A stretch of 64,000 bases of DNA, from positions 1-64,000 of the IMG/VR virus record IMGVR_UViG_3300037722_000226, one strand, 5' to 3'. Numbering within the stretch: the first letter of the stretch is position 1; the number at the start of each line of letters is the position of its first letter. This document shows, in pieces, positions 40,769 through 50,803 of the stretch. Both the position numbers and the translations under genes were made by a program. Below the pieces are notes generated by a model. The model saw nothing but the letters and a program-made list of their open reading frames with translations. It had not been told where the DNA came from and made no database searches. Origin of the DNA: a virus.

Positions 40769-43192
40769 TCACGTGTTCCCGACGTACTGGCGCAGCTCCC
40801 TCGCGTTGGAGGCGCAATAGGCCGCCTCGACGCCTGTGATGCTCTTTACTTCGACTTGCCACTTGCGGCCCTTGCCGAGCTGGCTTCTTACGCGATGCAG
40901 GTCGTCGTTCGCCACGACGATCGAGTCGTAGACCTCACCGTCCATGTAGAGAGTGACCGTCGCGGGATAAAGATCGGCGTCGACTTTCACGACGCCGACA
41001 AAGGTAGGCGTGGCCGCCATGAATTCTCGGGATTTCCATCTGAGCGCTCCCAGGATGTTGTTCGGGTCGCCCTCCCACCGATAGATGCCGAGCACAGGCT
41101 CTGGCGAGCCAAGCGACGCGATCATATACAGCTCATCGGTACCGGGATCGCTCCACAGCTCGTGCGCGCCGAACGAGAGTCGCGTCAGTGCCGATGACGG
41201 ATTCTGCGGGTCGAGAATCAGGCCGCGCTTGTTGATGGGAAGAGCTTCTTCATCGGGCGGATCGTAGGACCAGATGTAGCGGTTGCCGTATTTGCTGGCA
41301 ATGAACGATGCCGGATTGAGCGCGGCCCACTGATTGTCGTTGAAGAGACTTTGCGTGATGACTCGCGCCTCGCCTTGCGAGAGCATGACGAGGCCGCGGA
41401 GCGACGGATACACCACGGCGTAACCGATGTCGACCATCCCGCGCTTCGAGAGATTCGGGTAGGCGGCTTCGACATACTCGTCGCTCATCGAGTCCGGGTG
41501 AATCCCCGTGACCAGCACGGGTCTGCCTTTGGTCGTGACGGCGATCGACGCACCGAAGGCCGCAATGCCCACGATCTCGTCTTTCATCGCGCGACGGTAG
41601 GCGAGCGGCCATGCGTGCGGTTGATACGGCTCGCAAAGCAATAGCTCATTGCCGAGGAACGCAGCATAGAGACCGTTCGGCAGCTCGATGATGCCGATCA
41701 TCTCGTCCGGCGGCATGTCCCAGCGCACGAGCACGCCGTTCGGCGACGTGTACTGGCTCGGCAGCACGCGGCCCAATGCGACGCCGCGTATGTTGTCGAT
41801 ATAGGTGTCGGCGGGTGGGTCAGGGCCGAATTCCCACGTGTCGATGTCGATCTCGTCGACGAACAGAAATTCTTCTTGCGTCGCTCCGACCGCGAGCCGA
41901 TAGATGTAAATCTTTGTGTACGGCCGGCCGTCATCTGGCGGCGCGGGGAAGTTCGAGAGCGTGACGCTCTCGCCGTCAGCAATGGTGATGAACTCAGAGG
42001 CAGGAGACGGCGCGCTCTCAATGTCGTGATTGTCGAGCGTTACTACATAAGTGATCGCATAGGTGCGCGACTGGCGATCGACGTCCGGAAAGACCTGTGT
42101 CCAAGTCGCCGGCACGCTATCGCTATAGGTGCCCGTGATGCCGCCAGCGTCGACGATCGCAATTTGCCCGCCCGTTTGAAAGCCGATGATCGTGACCGGC
42201 GCGAGATTCAGGTTCTCGAGGTTGCCGGTGCCGACCACACCAGAAAGCTGGATGCGATCACCCGCCGAAAGCCCGTGATCGGTCGCGCCCAAGTCGACCA
42301 GTAAACGGCCGCTTGCCGATTGAACCGAAGCGAATTGCTTCCGGTTATCAGGCGTGCCGCCGTCGTTCGTTGATTTGAAGCCGTGCTGAGTCCACAACCG
42401 GAACACGTGCGAACCGAACGGCGGCGCATAAGTGAACGAGTAGTCGCTCGCTGGGTAGCTGTCGGTTGTCCATGTGTTCCGCGTGCTCGTATTCTTCGGC
42501 AGGCTGAGCGTGACTTCCTTGCGGAAGATCTCGGTACCTGAGCCTGGCGAGCCCGTGCTCGGGTCCATCTCGACCCACACGAACACAGCGGACGTGTAGT
42601 TATGACGCTGCGCGAAGTCCATCGTCACTGAGATGACTAACGACATCAGCCCGTCGACGTCGAGCGTAGACTGTACCGAATGCGGGTCGCGGTTCGCCGT
42701 GACGTCGTACTCACCGTCGCCGATCGTGCCGCCGATCTCCAGATACGGATCGATCGCGGCGACGGTGCCGGAGGCTTCTACTTCGAGCGGGTCAGTGGCG
42801 ATGACCGAGACAGCCGAGGCAGGCGCCGGCACCCCAAGATCGAACGCCGCATAGGGCGGCCCGGCCGTCAAAGAGTCAGTGTTGCCGATCTTCGGCACGC
42901 CTGAGCCGGTCCAATACAGTTCATCGAGGCCGGCGACTTGGGACTTCACGACATCGACGTCGGTATCCCAATGCAGCCAGTAGACAGTACCCACTCCGGG
43001 CGGCTGATAGCGAAAGAACGACTGCACTGCGCCGTCGATCGTCTCGCTGTACTCGAGCAGCGGCGCGCGCCACGTGTCGAGCACGCCGCTCCAGATTTTG
43101 CAATTTTCGGCGATCGTCGCTTCGTTGTAACCAAGCTGGCGAGCGTCCACCGCCGGACGCTCGCCCATGAACGATTGCAACGCGATCAGCAC
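40769..43192 (-). CDS. large tail (nozzle / tail-tubular-B-like) protein (807 aa)
   Basis: The call rests on size and position, which match podovirus tail tubular B proteins. No motif-level proof. Confidence 0.6.
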   Translation of the reverse strand: MLIALQSFMGERPAVDARQLGYNEATIAENCKIWSGVLDTWRAPLLEYSETIDGAVQSFFRYQPPGVGTVYWLHWDTDVDVVKSQVAGLDELYWTGSGVPKIGNTDSLTAGPPYAAFDLGVPAPASAVSVIATDPLEVEASGTVAAIDPYLEIGGTIGDGEYDVTANRDPHSVQSTLDVDGLMSLVISVTMDFAQRHNYTSAVFVWVEMDPSTGSPGSGTEIFRKEVTLSLPKNTSTRNTWTTDSYPASDYSFTYAPPFGSHVFRLWTQHGFKSTNDGGTPDNRKQFASVQSASGRLLVDLGATDHGLSAGDRIQLSGVVGTGNLENLNLAPVTIIGFQTGGQIAIVDAGGITGTYSDSVPATWTQVFPDVDRQSRTYAITYVVTLDNHDIESAPSPASEFITIADGESVTLSNFPAPPDDGRPYTKIYIYRLAVGATQEEFLFVDEIDIDTWEFGPDPPADTYIDNIRGVALGRVLPSQYTSPNGVLVRWDMPPDEMIGIIELPNGLYAAFLGNELLLCEPYQPHAWPLAYRRAMKDEIVGIAAFGASIAVTTKGRPVLVTGIHPDSMSDEYVEAAYPNLSKRGMVDIGYAVVYPSLRGLVMLSQGEARVITQSLFNDNQWAALNPASFIASKYGNRYIWSYDPPDEEALPINKRGLILDPQNPSSALTRLSFGAHELWSDPGTDELYMIASLGSPEPVLGIYRWEGDPNNILGALRWKSREFMAATPTFVGVVKVDADLYPATVTLYMDGEVYDSIVVANDDLHRVRSQLGKGRKWQVEVKSITGVEAAYCASNARELRQYVGNT

Positions 43193-43213
43193 GGCTGAAT
43201 TTCAATACGCGCC

Positions 43214-43546
43214 TTAGACCTCGGCGAGCGTAAGCCCAGCCGGACCGGGCGGGGAAAGCTCTTCGCTGCCGCCGACGACGATCGAGGCCGTGACGATCGA
43301 TGACTTGCCCTGCTTGTCCGTGACGACGCAGCGGACGAACCATCGGCCGTTGTCGACCTCCGTTTGAGTACGCTCGAATCCCGCGGCACCATCGGGCTCG
43401 ATCGGCTCGCCGTCCGCGAACGGACGATAGAACTCATTTTCGTCGGCCACCGCGATGAACAGCTCCGCACGTTCGATCTCGGCTTGCACGAGCGGACGGC
43501 CGCCCTGGCGGACGGTCGGCCAAATGACTGTTGCTCGAATGTCCAT
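43214..43546 (-). CDS. Ig/FN3-like small structural protein (110 aa)
   Basis: ATG at 43544-43546 after GAGGGA. The rest of ORF 43214..43678 lacks support. Confidence 0.5.
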   Translation of the reverse strand: MDIRATVIWPTVRQGGRPLVQAEIERAELFIAVADENEFYRPFADGEPIEPDGAAGFERTQTEVDNGRWFVRCVVTDKQGKSSIVTASIVVGGSEELSPPGPAGLTLAEV

Positions 43547-43653
43547 ATCAATTCCCTCGATTACTTCTAAGTGTAGAGACGCCGACCGAGGCGCAAGGTT
43601 GTCGACACGCAACAGCACTACGAGCCGGCAAAACCAGCGCCTTAGAAACTTGA

Positions 43654-44604
43654 TTACTCGGCTGAGCATCGCCCCCATGCGTTAGCGGGTTCAACGGAGC
43701 CGGCCCATGTGATCATCACGCGCGGGACAGCGAAGTAGGTAACTCCCTGCGCGAGCGTCGCCTCCGACTGAATGCACGGCGTACCGAGCGACGCGGTGCC
43801 AACTGGCACCATTGTAGTTCGATCGGTCGCCTTGAGCGATGTGTAAACGGTCGCTTCCGACGTCACGAGCCCAGGCGGCGGCACGGAAAGCTCGATCGGC
43901 GCGTTGGGCACAGGTTGGATCGTCGTCATGACGATCTTCGACAACGCCGATATACGTCCCGCCGTGTCAACTGTTCGCGCCCCGAAGCACCACTGGCCAT
44001 CGGCGAGATTTTCTACGATTGTGAGCCGCGCCGGAGCCGGCACGATCTGCATCGTGGTCGATGTGAGTAGCGCCTCGAGCGTGCATGTGCGCGAGTAATA
44101 AATCCCCGTGTTGGCGATCTGTACGAGTGGCAGCGGAGTGTCGTCGTCGTTCTGCGTAGGGTGTACCCATGTCAGCGTCGTGCCGCCGATGAAGCCAGGC
44201 GCAGCGAGGACTTGCGCCTTTGAAATCCACGTCGCTTGATTTTGTCCATTGTCCAGGCAGCGGCTAGTAGCGATCGGCCCGATCGGAATATCGAGCGGGC
44301 ACACGTGGACTTGCCCGTCCGCCGGTATGGTCTCCCAGCGCGTGAATGCGGTGTTCCCTGTCCAACTGCATACAAGTCCAGCCGCACACCACGCAACCGC
44401 CATTGACGGCGTTGGGCGTGCCCAAGCTCTCGGCTCGCAAACTGTGTTAACGCTCTCGCCGGATAGGCAGTACTGAACGAGCCCGACCTCCGCGCGCGCC
44501 TTCTCGCCGAAGATGAAGAATATCGACAGCACGAGAAGCGCGCGCGCCACGAGGCCGAGCAGCACAGAGCCGGTCGTGATCGGACGGCTGCGGACGAAGT
44601 TCAT
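43654..44604 (-). CDS. membrane-anchored / secreted Cys-rich protein (316 aa)
   Basis: N-terminal TM or signal segment LLGLVARALLVLSIFFIF, multiple Cys, and FN3-like TLTWVHPTQNDDDTPL. Confidence 0.55.
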   Translation of the reverse strand: MNFVRSRPITTGSVLLGLVARALLVLSIFFIFGEKARAEVGLVQYCLSGESVNTVCEPRAWARPTPSMAVAWCAAGLVCSWTGNTAFTRWETIPADGQVHVCPLDIPIGPIATSRCLDNGQNQATWISKAQVLAAPGFIGGTTLTWVHPTQNDDDTPLPLVQIANTGIYYSRTCTLEALLTSTTMQIVPAPARLTIVENLADGQWCFGARTVDTAGRISALSKIVMTTIQPVPNAPIELSVPPPGLVTSEATVYTSLKATDRTTMVPVGTASLGTPCIQSEATLAQGVTYFAVPRVMITWAGSVEPANAWGRCSAE

Positions 44605-44610
44605 TGGCCC

Positions 44611-44880
44611 CTAGCTCTCGATCTGAACCGCCGCTGCGCGCGCGAGCTTATCCTCGATCGAAGCATCGAGCGACGCATTTTCGTCGTCGGTCAATCCGCG
44701 ATCCTCGTCGACGAGCTGGCGAACCTTGGCAGTCGCCTCGAGCAGCGCTTCGCGGCCTGCCTCTCCGGCCTTGCCGATGGACGCGCCCAGGCGCAGCAGC
44801 TTCACCACGTCGGCAGCACCGTTTTCCTTGCGGCGCTCGGCGAGCGTCGCGATCAGTGACAGGAAATCGAACCATCCCAT
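44611..44880 (-). CDS. hypothetical protein (89 aa)
   Basis: Full ORF. Confidence 0.5.
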   Translation of the reverse strand: MGWFDFLSLIATLAERRKENGAADVVKLLRLGASIGKAGEAGREALLEATAKVRQLVDEDRGLTDDENASLDASIEDKLARAAAVQIES

Positions 44881-44909
44881 GACTTTCTCCTTAAGTTAAC
44901 CAGATACGA

Positions 44910-45350
44910 TCAGCGACCCAGCGATTTCGCGATCGAGTCGGTATGTCCCTCGAGCTTCGCGATCCAGCTCTCAAGCTCCGCGCCGACCACGGCAAGCCGG
45001 CGGTCGCGCTCGGCGCCGGCAAATGTCGCGCGCGCGACCAGATAATCGACGTGAGCCGCGTTCAAAGATCGATACGTCTCGCCGCTCTGCGCCACTATCT
45101 CTTGCAATGCAAGGCGCAACGGAGCAGGCGCGGTCTCGTCCTCGATGAGCTGCACGGCCGGCGTGAGCAGCGCATCGTAGCTGAGCTTCACCGCAGCGTA
45201 CTTCTGTTCCGGCGTCTCGGCGACCGCGATTGGGTTCAGGTTCGGATTCAGGAACCCATTCGCGCACCCGGACAAGAGCCCGGCCAATAAGACCATCGTC
45301 AAGATAGCGGCGGCTGTGCTCACGCGAGCACGTAAGGCATTCGATTGCAT
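44910..45350 (-). CDS. lipoprotein (146 aa), possible outer-membrane spanin-like component
   Basis: ATG at 45348-45350 after GGAGGG. Signal peptide plus lipobox: AAILTMVLLAGLLSGC. Confidence 0.6.
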   Translation of the reverse strand: MQSNALRARVSTAAAILTMVLLAGLLSGCANGFLNPNLNPIAVAETPEQKYAAVKLSYDALLTPAVQLIEDETAPAPLRLALQEIVAQSGETYRSLNAAHVDYLVARATFAGAERDRRLAVVGAELESWIAKLEGHTDSIAKSLGR

Positions 45351-45367
45351 ATATAACCCTCCAGGTT

Positions 45368-45820
45368 TTACATTTTTGACATTGCGTCGGGCCAATCTGG
45401 CGCCGAAACTGGCGCTTCTTCAATGATGGTCGAGGATCTGTCGCTGAACGGATTCATGTCAGCAACGGAGTTGATCGCGTAGCCGATCGACACAGCGCTG
45501 ACGAAGTTCAGGTTTCCACCGTCGACGAGCATGAAGAACGCGATCGTGTTGCCGCCGAGCATGATGAAAAGCTCTTGAAAGTGCCCGAGGTAAGCGCCGA
45601 TGGTGGCTGCGGAGCCTTCCATCTTCGCGACGCTCAACTGTTTAGTAGCCGAAAGTATCGAGCCGAAAATCATCAAGCCGAACAGCACCCACGGGTTCGT
45701 GAGCCACGTTTGAATCTCTTCGGTCGTCTGCGGCACTTGTTGCGCAAAAATGGGGGCAACGAAAATTGAGGCAACGATGATCGCAAGAAAAACGATGCCC
45801 AGGATCTTAAGACGCTGCAT
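45368..45820 (-). CDS. multi-TM membrane protein, holin candidate (150 aa)
   Basis: ATG at 45818-45820. About four hydrophobic helices. Adjacent to the endolysin. Confidence 0.5.
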   Translation of the reverse strand: MQRLKILGIVFLAIIVASIFVAPIFAQQVPQTTEEIQTWLTNPWVLFGLMIFGSILSATKQLSVAKMEGSAATIGAYLGHFQELFIMLGGNTIAFFMLVDGGNLNFVSAVSIGYAINSVADMNPFSDRSSTIIEEAPVSAPDWPDAMSKM

Positions 45821-46349
45821 GGTGAAAGCCCTCCGAAATCGGCATGATAACCCGGTCCCGCACCGCCGTCTCGAAGTACGGCAGCGCCTTCTCGATCGTG
45901 CCGGCACCGAGCGACGTGTTGTAGTACCGCTTCCAGTACGTGGCCAGCGCTCTGGCGTCTCCTTCGGGCGGCAAGGCCGCTGGCAGCCGACGATAGTGAA
46001 TCCGGCACATCGCAAAGGCGTAATACAGGTTGCCGATCATCTCATGCGGGCCGTCCGTGATGTACGCCGCCGTCTCGAGCTGCCGAACGCGATCGGCAAG
46101 CGGCTTGCGCGCCGGATGCAGGAGCCAGTTTCGCCAGATGTCGTCATGCGTGGCGGGCTCCATCTGTGTCAGGCCGAGCGCCGGGCCGCCGCCAATCTGC
46201 CGGATATACTTGCCAGCGCTCTCCGTCAGCGCCGTGCCGAGCACGAGATTATCGGCGGCCAGCGTATACGGCAGCAGGTTGCTCTCGGCAAGAAAACGCA
46301 GCGTCGGCAGCAGCACGTAGGTCCGGAGCTGCCGGACGTCGATGCTCAC
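45807..46349 (-). CDS. endolysin, SLT-type lytic transglycosylase-like (180 aa)
   Basis: GTALTESAGKYIRQIGGGPALGLTQMEP fits the E-S ... GL(M/T)Q SLT signature. Confidence 0.65.
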   Translation of the reverse strand: MSIDVRQLRTYVLLPTLRFLAESNLLPYTLAADNLVLGTALTESAGKYIRQIGGGPALGLTQMEPATHDDIWRNWLLHPARKPLADRVRQLETAAYITDGPHEMIGNLYYAFAMCRIHYRRLPAALPPEGDARALATYWKRYYNTSLGAGTIEKALPYFETAVRDRVIMPISEGFHHAAS

Positions 46350-46714
46350 AGCACAAGCCCAAGCTCACTACAAGTCTTATAGGTCGTAGGGAGACCGTTC
46401 TGATTGTCCGTTACCCGGCGCCATTCGTCGACGAGTCGCGCAAGCTCGGCTGCGTTTGCGGTGCGCAGCGGGCCTGTCGACTGACAAAACTCCACGCTCT
46501 TATCGAATATCTTCCCGTCGAGCGCAGCCTTCTCGATGCTCTCGACTTGTTTAGTGAGCTTACTCAGATCGTCCGCGCGCGCGGTGTTCCACACCAGCCA
46601 CGCGACGACGGCGAACAGGATCATCATGCCGGCCCAATTCAGCCACCGATATTTCGTGACTTTCGGATCTGCGTCGTGCGGCGGAATCAGTGCGGTCGCG
46701 ATCTCGTGAAACAT
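46346..46714 (-). CDS. type-II membrane protein, i-spanin/antiholin candidate (122 aa)
   Basis: One TM helix (WAGMMILFAVVAWLVW) followed by a helical periplasmic part with 2 Cys. Confidence 0.45.
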   Translation of the reverse strand: MFHEIATALIPPHDADPKVTKYRWLNWAGMMILFAVVAWLVWNTARADDLSKLTKQVESIEKAALDGKIFDKSVEFCQSTGPLRTANAAELARLVDEWRRVTDNQNGLPTTYKTCSELGLVL

Positions 46715-46745
46715 GGTGAAGGCACCTTTGGGTCATATTGGCGGG

Positions 46746-47471
46746 TCAGGTATAGGCTCGAACTCTTCCAACCGTAGAGTCTTGCGACTCGAACGACTTC
46801 TCTCGCTCCTTTACGATTTCGTTGGTCTTGGAATCGAAGTCCTTGCCGTATGCGGAGCCTAGCTGCACATCGGTCCACGGCTTGTGTTTAACCTGCAACA
46901 GATCGGCCAGCGCACCGCTGACGATGATTGCTCGCCAGTTTTCCAAGACTAGATCATCGACCTCGGTAGCCGTGTTCGACGGCTTCAGGTGGTACGTGAC
47001 CTTCAGGCTCCACTCGACGTCGAGCCGCGGGATCGGCACGATGCGGACTTGGTGCGGCATCGGCTGATAGAACAGCGACGGCGTGCCGATCGAGGTTCTC
47101 CAGTTCTCGTCCGGCTTGAAGAACGGATAGTTGAGCGGGCCACGGAAGCGGCCGTGATACGGCGTATGGCGGTTATCCAGATCGTTCGGATTGGTCGGAT
47201 CGAGCTGCCGCGGCTTCGTGTCATCCGGACCGTTGTAGTACCAGACCTCGCCGCGCTTGGCTCGCACGATGGTCCGGTTCACGACGGCCGGCAGCGTGTA
47301 AATCGGCTCGCCCGCGATCACGTTGATGCGCGGATCGGTGACGGCCTCGAGTACGAGCGTTTTCTCGCAGAAAGTCTGCACGGCGCGTCGGATAGCATCG
47401 CCGATCAGGATCACGTCGGCCTGCGGGACGTGCGGTGTGATCTCGCCTTCGATGGTACTGAAGTCGGCCAT
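46746..47471 (-). CDS. virion head-tail joining-type protein (241 aa)
   Basis: Full ORF between the capsid module and the lysis genes. Confidence 0.5.
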   Translation of the reverse strand: MADFSTIEGEITPHVPQADVILIGDAIRRAVQTFCEKTLVLEAVTDPRINVIAGEPIYTLPAVVNRTIVRAKRGEVWYYNGPDDTKPRQLDPTNPNDLDNRHTPYHGRFRGPLNYPFFKPDENWRTSIGTPSLFYQPMPHQVRIVPIPRLDVEWSLKVTYHLKPSNTATEVDDLVLENWRAIIVSGALADLLQVKHKPWTDVQLGSAYGKDFDSKTNEIVKEREKSFESQDSTVGRVRAYT

Positions 47472-48205
47472 CAGTTATCTCCGAAGGCGCCTTGATTGCT
47501 GCTCTTAGGCGGCTCCTGGTATCTCGGCGGCTGATTCTTCGACGGCCTGAATCGGATCGCTGTGTCCGTCGATAGACCGAGTGATTGCAAGAACTCGCGA
47601 TACGCCACGTCGGCCTTCCCTGTGTCGCCGTGCTCGGACTCTTTGAAGAACGCGCGATAGACGATGAACGCGAGCATCGCGTTGATCCACGTGTCATCGA
47701 TCGAGAGCGTGCTCGTGACGTTGGCGCCGTTCACGTCATTGACGGTGAGCGGCGGCGGCACGATCGAGACGTCTTTCTCGACACGCGAGAAATCGCCCGA
47801 GGGCGGCTGCGGCGGATAACACCACCAAGTTTTTGGATTGGCGCGATCGTAGGCCCAATGCCGCACCGTTGTCGACGGCGTTGCCGCGTGCCAATTCGGG
47901 TTCGACTTGTCGAGTTGCTTGCGATCGGTATAGGTAATCGCGTAGCCAGGTGTCGCGCCGTCCGTACCGAGGTTGCGCGCGATGTCGATCAGCACCAGCT
48001 CATCGGCCGCGAGCGTCTGGCGCGTGCCCGGCACGAGGATCTGGGTCCGGTTGACGACGTAGGTATCCGGGCGCGCCTGCACGATCGCGAGCTGCCCATC
48101 GTCGGCCCACTGCAGCAGCTCGTTCTCGGGCCACTGCCGTTTCGCCAGATCAAAGAGCAGTGTGGAGGCGCGCGCCAGGAGTTTATCGGCAAGAATCGTG
48201 CCCAC
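47471..48205 (-). CDS. virion head-tail joining-type protein (244 aa)
   Basis: Full ORF, similar in size to its neighbour. Confidence 0.5.
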   Translation of the reverse strand: MGTILADKLLARASTLLFDLAKRQWPENELLQWADDGQLAIVQARPDTYVVNRTQILVPGTRQTLAADELVLIDIARNLGTDGATPGYAITYTDRKQLDKSNPNWHAATPSTTVRHWAYDRANPKTWWCYPPQPPSGDFSRVEKDVSIVPPPLTVNDVNGANVTSTLSIDDTWINAMLAFIVYRAFFKESEHGDTGKADVAYREFLQSLGLSTDTAIRFRPSKNQPPRYQEPPKSSNQGAFGDN

Positions 48206-48235
48206 GCTGCTCTCTCCAGGTCGATACGAAAATTC

Positions 48236-48877
48236 CTACGGAGACTGTTCCCCGGAGTTATCTTGGAACCCCGACTTGTCGAACTCAGCCGGCGCCTTCG
48301 AGCCGAGCGCAATCTCGTATTCCGTGTCCGTCAGCGAAAAATCGATCACAGCCTCGACAGCTTCCTTGCGCGGGATGCCGTTCTGAAAGTCGTCCGGGTT
48401 GTTACGCTCGAGCAGCACGCCGATTGCGCGCTCGACGGCTTCCGTGATGCTCGCCTGGTCCTTCGGGGTTTCGGGCTTTTCTTTGTTGCCCTGCCCAGGC
48501 TTCTTCGGACGAACGTGCTTGGGGTCAGGAGTCGCCTGGATGCCGGCAAGCTCGGCGCGGCGCTTAACCTCTGCGGCGAGCTGCTCGTCGGTTGCGTACT
48601 CGAGCATGATGCCGGGCGAGCCTGGCGCTGGGCGGTGGGCGCGGCGCACGCGCTCCTCGGAGTCGGCGCGCGCCCTCGCGGCGCGGGTGGCGATGTCCTT
48701 CTCGGTGTACGCCGTCACATCCAAGAACTCTTCCTTGTGCGCAACCAGCTTGTCGGCTTGCGCGGCAGAGATCCCCGTCACGACGGTTCCGGGGCCGTGC
48801 CATTTCCGTTCGGCGACGCCATTCACGTTGTCGAACTTCATCGACTTGTTGCCGAGGTACATCACTGCTCGCGACAT
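48236..48877 (-). CDS. hypothetical structural-module protein (213 aa)
   Basis: ATG at 48875-48877 after AGGAGA. Confidence 0.55.
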   Translation of the reverse strand: MSRAVMYLGNKSMKFDNVNGVAERKWHGPGTVVTGISAAQADKLVAHKEEFLDVTAYTEKDIATRAARARADSEERVRRAHRPAPGSPGIMLEYATDEQLAAEVKRRAELAGIQATPDPKHVRPKKPGQGNKEKPETPKDQASITEAVERAIGVLLERNNPDDFQNGIPRKEAVEAVIDFSLTDTEYEIALGSKAPAEFDKSGFQDNSGEQSP

Positions 48878-48928
48878 CGCTTTTCTCCTGAGATGAATTC
48901 GGTGGACCAGCTCGCCAATGTTAGCAGC

Positions 48929-48975
48929 AAAAAGGCGCTGCCTCACGACCAAGGGGAGTCGAGAGGCGGCGCCTT
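48929..48975 (-). terminator. intrinsic terminator after the capsid/decoration genes
   Basis: Minus strand reads AAGGCGCCGCCTC-(17-nt loop)-GAGGCAGCGCCTTTTT. 12 of 13 bp pair and a T-run follows. Lies in a 125-nt gap. Confidence 0.6.
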
Positions 48976-49002
48976 ACGGCTTGCGCGTGTAGATGATCAG
49001 CC

Positions 49003-49461
49003 TTACAGCGTACCCAGGTACTCGTAGATCAGATCCAGCTCGATCGTAACCGGCGTCGCGCCGAGCGCCGCGGCCGCGACCAAGCCCTGAACGATGTACG
49101 TGTCGGTGAGCGTCAATCCGGCGAAGCCGACCGCGACGTTATTCCGGCGCCGGAGCGTCGCCGACGTCGAGATGGCGGCCGCCAGAATCAGCGCGTCAGC
49201 ATCGACCAGCGTGTCAGCGTGTCCGGGCTTCTGGGCGAGCCCGAGCTGGAACGTCACCGTGCCGGCCGCGGCAGGCGTGAGCCGCGCGATGGCGTCGACG
49301 ATGCGGGTGCCGATCGGCATCTCAAGGAAGTCGACCGTATCGTTCTGCGCCGTGGTGGCCGGCAGGGTGATGCTGACAGACTTGACTGCCAGATTGCCGT
49401 AGGCCGAAGCCATGATGAGCTGCCGGGCGATGTCCGGCGAGCGATGAATGCCAAGTGCCAT
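49003..49461 (-). CDS. capsid decoration-like / structural protein (152 aa)
   Basis: Full ORF immediately after the major capsid gene. The start may be the internal M17. Confidence 0.5.
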   Translation of the reverse strand: MALGIHRSPDIARQLIMASAYGNLAVKSVSITLPATTAQNDTVDFLEMPIGTRIVDAIARLTPAAAGTVTFQLGLAQKPGHADTLVDADALILAAAISTSATLRRRNNVAVGFAGLTLTDTYIVQGLVAAAALGATPVTIELDLIYEYLGTL

Positions 49462-49506
49462 GAGCTTTCTCTCCTGAGAGTGGTGCCGAATTCGACAAGA
49501 CGGGGC

Positions 49507-50739
49507 TTAGAGAACCGCCGGAGCGTACGAATCGACCGCGAAAACGCCGTGATCGTGCAGGCGGCCGTCCGAGCCGGTGAACCGGACCTTCTTGCAGCCG
49601 GACATCGACGCCGTGCTGACCTCAAGCACGTTCTTGTGATCCTCCAGCTCTTCGTTCCAATTGTAGTGCGTGCCGGAGCTGCCGTGCTTGCCGTAGGCCC
49701 AGCCGAGCGCCTGAGCGCCGAGCAGCACGCCGCGCTCGACTGCGACCGATGCCGCGTTCGTGACGACTGCGCCGGCCGCGTTTTCCTCGCTGCACACGTC
49801 GCCGATCTCCCAGCGAATCGAGCGGCCCATGCGCTTGATCAGGATGCCGCGCCACATGCCCGGCGAGCCGGCGAAGAGCGGGTGCGCGTTCGAGCCGCTG
49901 AACGACTTCGCGCGGTTCCATGCGTTCTGCAAGAACGTGCGCCAGGCCGTGTCGCCGGTCGCCGTTTGCAGGTAATGCCACTGCAGCGGCGTCGCGTAGT
50001 AGACGTACAGCGGCTCGTCGTTCGCGGCGGCGTCGCCCGGCAGCATGACCGGCTGCGGCGGGAACGGCATCGTTTCGATGATGGCTCGCATGCGGTCGAA
50101 GTCGGGGAGCGTCAGGTAGTCGGTATTGCCGACATCCGTGATCGAGCTGCCGCCGCCCGCGATGATGCGCCGGGAGTAGGTCGGCGGGAGCACGTCATTG
50201 ACGACGATTTCGGCGAACTCGGGATCGGACTCGAGCGGCACGACCCAATCGGTGTCGTTCTGGAAGCCGCGCGCGCCGCAGATATGGATCTGCGTGATCT
50301 GATCCTCGAAGCGGCTATTCAAGCCGACCAGGTTTGCCTTGGCCAAGCCGCGCAGCGTGTGGAGCGTGCGCTGCTGCGTCATGCGGCCGCCGGTGTCGAC
50401 GCCGAACCGGGCTTGGTTGATCTTCATCTCCATCGAGTCGAAGGTCAGCGAGCCCATACGGCCGGCGAGCTTCCGATCGCCCATCGTCGGGCGGACGTTG
50501 ATGACGTTCACCAGGTCCATGCTCACCGTATCGCCCGCGGTCTTGGTCAGATCGCGGATGCGAACGAACGGCAGGTCTGAACTCGTTTGCGAGCGCAGCT
50601 TTTCCTCGGCCGACGCTTGCTTGGGCGCAGCGCCGATCATGCCATTCTTGAAAGACGCCTTACGCTGACATTCGGCGAACAGAGCAACGGAATAGAGCTT
50701 GTTCGCCAGCGGCGAGCCAGGAGGGATGACGGTCGGCAT
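49507..50739 (-). CDS. major capsid protein, N4-gp56/DUF4043-like (410 aa)
   Basis: Position after the scaffold gene, ~400 aa, and segment TKTAGDTVSMDLVNVINVRPTMGDRKLAGRMGSLTFDSMEMKINQAR, which recalls this family. Confidence 0.75.
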   Translation of the reverse strand: MPTVIPPGSPLANKLYSVALFAECQRKASFKNGMIGAAPKQASAEEKLRSQTSSDLPFVRIRDLTKTAGDTVSMDLVNVINVRPTMGDRKLAGRMGSLTFDSMEMKINQARFGVDTGGRMTQQRTLHTLRGLAKANLVGLNSRFEDQITQIHICGARGFQNDTDWVVPLESDPEFAEIVVNDVLPPTYSRRIIAGGGSSITDVGNTDYLTLPDFDRMRAIIETMPFPPQPVMLPGDAAANDEPLYVYYATPLQWHYLQTATGDTAWRTFLQNAWNRAKSFSGSNAHPLFAGSPGMWRGILIKRMGRSIRWEIGDVCSEENAAGAVVTNAASVAVERGVLLGAQALGWAYGKHGSSGTHYNWNEELEDHKNVLEVSTASMSGCKKVRFTGSDGRLHDHGVFAVDSYAPAVL

Positions 50740-50803
50740 TGCACGATCCTCTTTGGTTCAAAGTGAAGCACCCGAACCTCGAGCGATCTGCTTTGCTGAG
50801 TTA

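Noticed and set aside
46346-46714. An embedded Rz1-type lipoprotein ORF could lie inside the i-spanin candidate.
   Set aside because: I translated the alternative frames by hand. The only ATG-initiated ORF (MAPGNGQSERSPYDL) has no signal peptide or lipobox.
47585-49027. Long plus-strand ORFs (480 aa here; also 49219..50580 at 453 aa, 26458..27897 at 479 aa, 39911..40759 and 37030..37686) lie opposite the late genes.
   Set aside because: They are Arg/Ala/Gly/His-rich with no recognisable motifs, and they lie antisense to ORFs with clear structural or enzymatic signatures. These are typical shadow ORFs of high-GC DNA.
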